Assembly (NCBI GenBank): GCA_965198065.1 | Contig: CBDAON010000004.1 | Location: 1,920,001-1,984,000 of the forward strand | Length of the DNA: 64,000 nt | Reading direction: 5' to 3' | Source: Longimicrobiales bacterium | GTDB taxonomy: Bacteria; Gemmatimonadota; Gemmatimonadetes; Longimicrobiales; Gaopeijiaceae | Shown: positions 57,938 through 64,000 of the stretch, one piece after another | Layout of the letters: each line of letters begins with the position of its first letter | How positions within the stretch are numbered: position 1 is the first letter of the stretch | Made by a program: the position numbers and the translations under genes | Notes under the pieces: model-generated | What the model saw: the letters and a program-made list of their open reading frames with translations, nothing else | Database searches by the model: none | What the model was told of the DNA's origin: nothing

Positions 57938-58215
57938 TAGCACGTCGCTGAAGGAGCACGGGGGATCTCGCGCAAGGGGCTTGCCCGGCGCGGACAAGGA
58001 AGAGCGACGATGACGATGTCCCAGCATCGGAGAGCGGTTCTAACGACGTCTCTGCCCGCAACTCCCTCGCGCCCTGTGGGTTACGGTGCCACGGGGTCGT
58101 CTCCGTCGTTGGTGCTCCTCGACGTAGCCCATGGCTATGCTTTCGGAGCGCCGGCTCGGAGCCGACCCCGTGGCGCACGTAATGCGGCCCCTCGTGCTCC
58201 TTCAGCGACGCGCTA
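57938..58215. mobile_element. MITE-like element with about 28-bp terminal inverted repeats and internal hairpins
   Basis: tagcacgtcgctgaaggagcacggggg (from 57938) pairs with cccctcgtgctccttcagcgacgcgcta (to 58215); no credible ORF inside. Confidence 0.6.
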
Positions 58216-58221
58216 GCCCCC

Positions 58222-59796
58222 ATGGTCTTCACACGCACGTCCAAGCGCATTCTCTGGGTCGACGACGAGATCGAGCTTCTCCGTCCACACTGTTTGTTCC
58301 TCCAGCAAAAGGGGTACCACGTGGACGCGATCGCCAACGGAGACGACGCGCTCACGCTTCTCCGGGAGGAGCCGTACGATCTCGTTCTTCTCGACGAGCA
58401 GATGCCGGGGCGGCGCGGGCTCGAGGTGCTGGAGGTGCTCCGTCGGGAGGATCCCCATGCGCGCGTCGTAATGGTGACGAAGTCGGAGGACGATCGCACG
58501 ATGACTGAGGCGATCGGACGGCGCGTGGACGACTATCTGGTGAAGCCGACGAGCCCCCGACAGGTCCTTTCCGTTGTCACGCGCGTCCTCGAGGGCTCCT
58601 CGATCCGCCAGCAGCAGGTGGCGCAGGACTTCGCCGCCCGCTTCGCTCGCCTGAGCTCGCTCCGGGAGACGGCCGGGACCGCGTCCGAGTTTGCCGCGCT
58701 GTTCAGCGAGCTCACGGACTGGCACATCCGCCTCGCGGCTGCGGGGGAGCTGGGGCTTCTCGACTCGGTCAGCGCCCAGATGGACGATCTCCGAAAGGAT
58801 TTCGGTCAGTGGATCAAGGCAATCTACCCTCGCTGGATGCGTGGGGAAGGTGAGCCTCCGGTCCTCTCCACGGACCTCGTGGAGCGCTACGTGGTTCCCC
58901 TGCTCGGCGAGGATCCGGTCGTACTGGTCGTCCTGGACTGCATGCGGCTTGACCAGTGGCGGGTGATCCTTCCGCTTTTGAGCCCCCTCTTCGAGATCGC
59001 TGAGGAGACCCACTACTCGATCCTTCCCACGGCCACCCCGTACGCGCGCAACGCGATCTTCTCTGGCTGGTTCCCCGACAGGATTTCGAGGGACTATCCG
59101 AGCTGGTGGGGCGGACGTGAGGAAGAGGGAGGCATGAACGACTTCGAGGACGAACTCCTGGCCGCTCAGCTCGAGCGCCTCACGGGACGCAAGGTCCCCG
59201 TCCACTACGAGAAGGTATTCTCCGATCGGGAAGCCGAACGGTTGAGGACGCGGGTCAACTCCGCCTTGAAGACCGAGGGAGCGGTCATCGCCCTCGTCTT
59301 CAACTTCATGGACCTCCTGATCCATACGAGAAGCGAGTCTCCGGTCTTCCTGGAGATGGCGAGGGACGAGATCTCGCTCCGCGACCTGACGCGGTCATGG
59401 ATGGAGAGGTCGTCCCTGTATCAGCTGTTCGGCGAGGTCGCTCGGCAAGGTTACAGGGTCGTCGTCACGACGGACCACGGATCGATCCACTGCAATCGGC
59501 CGACCACCATTTATGCGCGGCGGGACGCGTCCTCCAACCTGCGTTACAAGTTCGGTCAGGATCTCCAGCCACAGGAGCTGGACTGCGTCTTCGCGACCGC
59601 GGATCCGGCCGACGTCCGCTTTCCGCCTGGACGCATGGGCACGAAGTACGTGCTCGCGCTCGAGGACTTCTTCCTCGTCTATCCCACCAAGCTGCGCGAG
59701 TACCAGAGTCGCTATCGGGGCGAGTTCCTGCACGGCGGAGTCTCGCCGGAGGAGATGATCGTGCCCGTGGCCACGCTCACCCCACGCCCGCGTTGA
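58222..59796 (+). CDS. PorX-like response regulator with PglZ (alkaline phosphatase superfamily) domain
   Basis: REC ILWVDDE...LLDEQMPG; PglZ VLDCMRLDQW, SILPTATPYARNAIFSG, TTDHG and HGGVSPEEM. Confidence 0.92.
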   Translation: MVFTRTSKRILWVDDEIELLRPHCLFLQQKGYHVDAIANGDDALTLLREEPYDLVLLDEQMPGRRGLEVLEVLRREDPHARVVMVTKSEDDRTMTEAIGRRVDDYLVKPTSPRQVLSVVTRVLEGSSIRQQQVAQDFAARFARLSSLRETAGTASEFAALFSELTDWHIRLAAAGELGLLDSVSAQMDDLRKDFGQWIKAIYPRWMRGEGEPPVLSTDLVERYVVPLLGEDPVVLVVLDCMRLDQWRVILPLLSPLFEIAEETHYSILPTATPYARNAIFSGWFPDRISRDYPSWWGGREEEGGMNDFEDELLAAQLERLTGRKVPVHYEKVFSDREAERLRTRVNSALKTEGAVIALVFNFMDLLIHTRSESPVFLEMARDEISLRDLTRSWMERSSLYQLFGEVARQGYRVVVTTDHGSIHCNRPTTIYARRDASSNLRYKFGQDLQPQELDCVFATADPADVRFPPGRMGTKYVLALEDFFLVYPTKLREYQSRYRGEFLHGGVSPEEMIVPVATLTPRPR

Positions 59797-61649
59797 GCCT
59801 CTACCTCCGCATACTCGGGTACCTCGGGCCGTACCGTTGGGTCTTTCTGCTCTCGGTCCTCGCCACCTCGATTTACGCGGCGCTGGATGCCTTTTCGCTG
59901 GCGCTGCTAATTCCCTTCCTCCAGACGCTCTTCGCCGACGACGGTCCTGCGGCGGCCGGGACGACGGGCGCCGGTGCGTTCGACCTGGACCGACTCATGG
60001 AGATCACGCTCGGTCGATTCGTCGACCTGGCGGCCCCCCCGGACCAGGCGATGCGGGGGATCATCGTCTTTCTCCTCGTCGTGTTCCTGGTGAAGAACGT
60101 CTTCGACTACGTGCGGATCTACCTCGTCGCGTACACCGAGCAGGGCGTTACGAAGGACATCCGAAACGGCGTGTACGGCCACTTGGTCGAGCTGGACCTC
60201 ATCTTCTTCGGGCGGACACGGGTGGGTCAGATCGTGTCCCGCCTAACGCACGACGTCGAGCAGGTGCGGACCCTGGTCACGAAGGAGCTCGCGAGGATCA
60301 TCTCCTCGTTCTTCGAGATGGCTTGGGTGATCGCGTTCATGGTCGTGATCTCGTGGAAGCTCACACTCGTGGCGTTCGTCGTGCTTCCGGGCGTCGCCAT
60401 CATCTGGGGCCCCCTCCTCAGGCGCGTCAGGCGCGGCGACCGACGGGTGCTGGACCTCGCTGGGGACGTGAATAGCCACGTCCAGGAAACGATGGCGGGG
60501 ATTCGCCTGGTCAAGGCGTCGAGCGCCGAGGAGCACGAGCGGGGCCGATTCCGTCGCCTGACGCAGGACTACTTCAAGTCATTCGTCCGGACGGAGCGGT
60601 TCCGGGCTCTCTCGTCCCCGATCACAGAGTCCGTGGCCGCTCTGGGGACGGTGATCGTCCTCTGGTACGGGACCGGGCTGGTCCTTTCCGGTGGCGAGAT
60701 CTCGGGCGCGGAGTTCGTGGGCTTTCTCGGCCTCTCGATGAAGCTCTACGCGCCCGTGAAGTACCTGGGCAAGCTTCCCGCGATCATCCTGCCCGGCATC
60801 GTCGCCGCCGAGCGGGCATTCGAGTTCCTGGACGCGCCGGTGGAAGTCCGCGATCAGCCCGGGGCCCAGCCGTTCCCAGGCCTGGAGAGGGAGATCGTCT
60901 ACGACCGGGTGAGCTTCGAGTACCGCCCGGGGGAACGCGTGCTGTCGGACGTCAGCTTTCGGGCGCCGGCCGGGTCGGTCACCGCCCTGGTCGGGCCGTC
61001 GGGGGCTGGAAAGTCCACGCTCGTGGACCTCCTCGGCCGCTTCTACGACGTGACGGAGGGGCGGATTCTCGCGGACGGGAACGACATCAGGTGCTTCACG
61101 ATCCAATCGCTTCGTGCGTGCCTAGGAATGGTCTCGCAGGAGACCGTCCTGTTCCACGATACGGTTCGGGCCAACATCGCGTACGGCATGGAAGGCGTGC
61201 GTGAGGAGGCGATCGAAGCCGCGGCTCGCGCGGCGCATGCGGACCAGTTCATCTCCCGGCTTCCAAGCGGGTACGACACGATCGTGGGGGAGCGGGGCAC
61301 ACATCTCTCGGGGGGCCAGCGCCAGAGGATTGCCATCGCCCGCGCGATCCTGACGGACCCCCCGATCCTCATCTTGGACGAGGCCACGTCCGCGCTGGAC
61401 TCGGAGTCCGAGCGGCTGGTCCAGGCGGCCATGGAGCGCCTCTTCGAGGGGCGGAGCGTGTTCGTCATCGCGCATCGGCTCTCCACGGTGCAGCGGGCTC
61501 ACCAGATCCTGGTGATGGACGAGGGGCGGATCGTCCAGGCCGGCTCGCACGAATCGCTACTGGCCGAGGGCGGGCTGTACGGGCGCCTCCACCGCCTGCA
61601 GTTCCAGGGGGAGGGGGAGGTGACCGAGCCGGCCACCCGTAGAGTGTGA
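59793..61649 (+). CDS. MsbA-like ABC exporter
   Basis: Six TM helices plus GPSGAGKST, LSGGQRQR and LDEATSALD; LPS gene context. Confidence 0.9.
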   Translation: MSLYLRILGYLGPYRWVFLLSVLATSIYAALDAFSLALLIPFLQTLFADDGPAAAGTTGAGAFDLDRLMEITLGRFVDLAAPPDQAMRGIIVFLLVVFLVKNVFDYVRIYLVAYTEQGVTKDIRNGVYGHLVELDLIFFGRTRVGQIVSRLTHDVEQVRTLVTKELARIISSFFEMAWVIAFMVVISWKLTLVAFVVLPGVAIIWGPLLRRVRRGDRRVLDLAGDVNSHVQETMAGIRLVKASSAEEHERGRFRRLTQDYFKSFVRTERFRALSSPITESVAALGTVIVLWYGTGLVLSGGEISGAEFVGFLGLSMKLYAPVKYLGKLPAIILPGIVAAERAFEFLDAPVEVRDQPGAQPFPGLEREIVYDRVSFEYRPGERVLSDVSFRAPAGSVTALVGPSGAGKSTLVDLLGRFYDVTEGRILADGNDIRCFTIQSLRACLGMVSQETVLFHDTVRANIAYGMEGVREEAIEAAARAAHADQFISRLPSGYDTIVGERGTHLSGGQRQRIAIARAILTDPPILILDEATSALDSESERLVQAAMERLFEGRSVFVIAHRLSTVQRAHQILVMDEGRIVQAGSHESLLAEGGLYGRLHRLQFQGEGEVTEPATRRV

Positions 61650-62539
61650 CGCGACCCACCCTCGGACATCGGCTCGAGTACCTCCTCTTTACCGTGGTGA
61701 CGGTCGTCCTTCAGCGGCTACCGGAGCGGGCCGCGCTCGGGGTCGGGGCGCTCGTGGGGTGGATCGCCGGGTCGGTCCTCAGGATCCGCCGTTCGGTCGT
61801 GCTCGAGAATCTGACGCGGGCGTTTCCGGAGGAGAGCGCGAGCTGGCGGAGGCGGGTCGCGACGGATACGTACCGCCACTTTGGGCGCGAGGGTGCTACC
61901 CTCTTCCGAATGCGACGCCTCGGCCCCGCCCAGATCCTGGAGCGGTGCGAGGTCGGTGGTCTGGACCTCCTCCGTCGCGCGATCGAGGAGGGCCGGGGCG
62001 TCGTGGCCCTCACCGGGCACCTCGGAAACTGGGAGATGGCAGGCGCGGCCACGGCGGCGAGCGGCTTCCCCGTGGACGTGGTGGCGAAGCGACAAGCGAA
62101 TCTTCTGTTCGACGCGTACGTGCGCGAAACCCGGGAACGGCTCGGGATGCGGGTCATTTACCAGACCGAAGCGCCCCACTCGGTGCTGCACGCCCTTCGG
62201 GAGCGACGTGTGGTCGCCCTCGTCGCGGACCAGAACGTCCTGACAGGAGGGTTGTTCGTCGAGTTCTTCGGTGAGGAGGCCTCGACGGCGCGGGGCCCCG
62301 CGGTGCTCGCGGCACGCGGCGGCGCGGAGGTGGCGATGATGATAAGCCGTCGCCTCCCCGGTCCCGCAGCGAGGTACTCCATGCGCTGGGTCCCTGTGAG
62401 CTACGAGCGGACGAGCGACCCGGACGAGAATGCGCGGCGTCTGCTGCGCGCGTATCATGCCTTACTGGAGGACGGGATCCGCGCCGCCCCCGAGCAGTAC
62501 TTCTGGCTTCACAAACGGTGGAAGACGCGGCCGAGCTGA
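61646..62539 (+). CDS. Lipid A acyltransferase (LpxL/HtrB family)
   Basis: GHLGNWE, VADQ and PEQYFWLHKRWK. Confidence 0.92.
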   Translation: MTRPTLGHRLEYLLFTVVTVVLQRLPERAALGVGALVGWIAGSVLRIRRSVVLENLTRAFPEESASWRRRVATDTYRHFGREGATLFRMRRLGPAQILERCEVGGLDLLRRAIEEGRGVVALTGHLGNWEMAGAATAASGFPVDVVAKRQANLLFDAYVRETRERLGMRVIYQTEAPHSVLHALRERRVVALVADQNVLTGGLFVEFFGEEASTARGPAVLAARGGAEVAMMISRRLPGPAARYSMRWVPVSYERTSDPDENARRLLRAYHALLEDGIRAAPEQYFWLHKRWKTRPS

Positions 62540-62554
62540 GATGGGAGCCCACAG

Positions 62555-63298
62555 GTGATCCACGTCGCCGTGCCAGTCCACAACGAAGACCGCACGCTGG
62601 GGGTCCTTCTGTGGAAGATCCGGAAGGTGATGAGGGGTTTCGGTCGAGATTATCAGGTGGTGGTCGTCGATGACGCGTCTGGCGATCGGACACCGGCCGT
62701 GCTGAAGCGGTACAGAGCGTTCCTCCCCCTACGGGTTCTCCGGACTGAGGCCCGCATGGGCTATGGGGTGGCGCTGGAGCGGGTGATTCGGGACGTGGTG
62801 GAGCGAAGTCGCTACCCGAAGCGGGACGTGGTGGTCACGATCCAGGGGGATCTGACGGAGGATCCCGAAGACATGGTCGCCATGGTCAAGATGATCGAGG
62901 GCGGGGCCGACCTCGTTGCCGGGGCGATGGAGGAGGGAGACCGCGTGCTCCCGCGACCGATACGCCTGGCTCGGCGCCTCGCCCGCCTCGTGGCCGGGGC
63001 GGTGCGACGCGCTCCCGTGAGCGATCCCCTCTCGGGCTTCCGCGCCTATCGCCTCATCGTGCTGAAGAGGGCGCTTCGGGACCGGGAGGAAGGCCGGCCC
63101 CTGTTCCAGTCGGACGGATGGGGCGCGAACGTGGAGCTCCTCGCGCTTGCCGCACCCCACGCGCGGCGCATCGAGGAGAGCCCGTTCCGCGTCTGGGTGG
63201 CCCGCCGCACCCGGCCTTCCCGTTTTCGTCCTGTGCAGAGCCTCGGCGCGCTCTTTCGCCTGCGCCGGACGTCCTGGCCGGGCCCCGCGGTGACCTGA
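62555..63298 (+). CDS. Glycosyltransferase family 2
   Basis: VPVHNE, VVDDASGDRT and DPLSGFRAY. Confidence 0.9.
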   Translation: MIHVAVPVHNEDRTLGVLLWKIRKVMRGFGRDYQVVVVDDASGDRTPAVLKRYRAFLPLRVLRTEARMGYGVALERVIRDVVERSRYPKRDVVVTIQGDLTEDPEDMVAMVKMIEGGADLVAGAMEEGDRVLPRPIRLARRLARLVAGAVRRAPVSDPLSGFRAYRLIVLKRALRDREEGRPLFQSDGWGANVELLALAAPHARRIEESPFRVWVARRTRPSRFRPVQSLGALFRLRRTSWPGPAVT

Positions 63299-64000
63299 GG
63301 CGTCGCTCCAGGGGGCTCGCGGCGTCGCTCGACGGCTCGTAGCGCAGCGTCGGTCACCGGGCCCCTACGAAGCACAGGCGCCAGGAGGTTCGCGGCCGCG
63401 ACCGCGTCCTGGATTGCGAGGTTCACGCCCACGCCCCCGATCGGTGACATCGCGTGTGCCGCGTCTCCGATCAGGAGCAGCCCGGGGCGATGCCAGGTGC
63501 GGGCGCGATCCACGCGTACCGTTAGCAGGTGCACGTCCTCCCAGCCCGCCAGCCCGGCGGCACGGTCCCCGAAGAAGGGAGCGATTCGTAGCAGGTCTTC
63601 GCGGAACGCGTGGATCCCGCGCTCCCTCAGACGAGGGAAGGACCCCTTCGGGATCAGGTACGCGCATTGCCAGTAGTCGCCCCGGTCGATCATGACGAGA
63701 ACCTGGCCAGCGGCGACGAGGCCGTCCATCCGTTCGGGATCTCTCTCCGACTTGGGAATCCGGATCCAAAGCAGATCCATGGGTGCCCCCAGCTCCCGGA
63801 CCGGGACCCGTGCCTCTCTTCGAACGAGAGACCCACGTCCGTCGGCGCCGACGACGAGCCGGCTCCGAGCTTCGAGCCACCCGCGCGGCGTGCGGGCGCG
63901 CACACCCACCACGCGGTCGTCCTCGAAGAGGAGCTCTCTCGCTTCGGTCTCCATCAGGAGGTGGAACCCGGGGTGGAGTCGCCCCTGGCGCGAGAGGAAC
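63046..64000 (-). CDS. FAD-dependent monooxygenase (starts outside the window; C-terminus looks truncated)
   Basis: VVGADGRGS and LIGDAAHAMSPIGGVGVNLAIQDA; the last about 250 nt of the ORF overlap the GT2 gene. Confidence 0.85.
   Translation of the reverse strand, partial: FLSRQGRLHPGFHLLMETEARELLFEDDRVVGVRARTPRGWLEARSRLVVGADGRGSLVRREARVPVRELGAPMDLLWIRIPKSERDPERMDGLVAAGQVLVMIDRGDYWQCAYLIPKGSFPRLRERGIHAFREDLLRIAPFFGDRAAGLAGWEDVHLLTVRVDRARTWHRPGLLLIGDAAHAMSPIGGVGVNLAIQDAVAAANLLAPVLRRGPVTDAALRAVERRREPPGATPQVTAGPGQDVRRRRKSAPRLCTGRKREGRVRRATQTRNGLSSMRRAWGAASARSSTFAPHPSDWNRGRPSSRSRSALFSTMRR

Noticed and set aside
58222..59796. PglZ as part of a BREX defence system
   Set aside because: It is the REC-fused PorX type, and no brx or pglX genes are nearby.

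Overview
High-GC bacterial chromosome segment. The gene content suggests Gemmatimonadota (Longimicrobiales-like), but this is an inference. Most genes are housekeeping or metabolic: ettA, lgt, HU, an aminotransferase, an RNA helicase, metH/yitJ behind a SAM-II-like riboswitch, cstA-CC*-arsA, nrtR-nadA-nadB, typA, cyoE and a lipid A/LPS cluster with a PorX-like REC-PglZ protein. The most interesting locus is 3.8-8.7 kb. An unannotated 73-codon gene (7028-7249, +) encodes a lipoprotein-type signal peptide followed by four identical NGFLGSGGGG repeats whose DNA differs only at silent sites. It converges on a stand-alone TPR protein and diverges from a REC-like/AraC regulator and a sensor-less hybrid histidine kinase. 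This layout resembles an RRNPP (Rap-Phr)-type peptide signalling system in a diderm lineage. This copy looks damaged: an IS1595-family element with an 8-bp target-site duplication sits at the peptide RBS, the start codon is ATA, and the kinase has an in-frame TAG. Other oddities are a pseudo-DEAD-box helicase, a membrane zinc-ribbon protein with five FxWG-like motifs, a ppsA collapsed by internal deletions, fused tandem cupredoxin genes and a structured MITE-like element. Several single-base frameshifts in homopolymer runs suggest long-read sequencing errors, so pseudogene calls need read-level confirmation. I recognised no rRNA, tRNA or CRISPR array.
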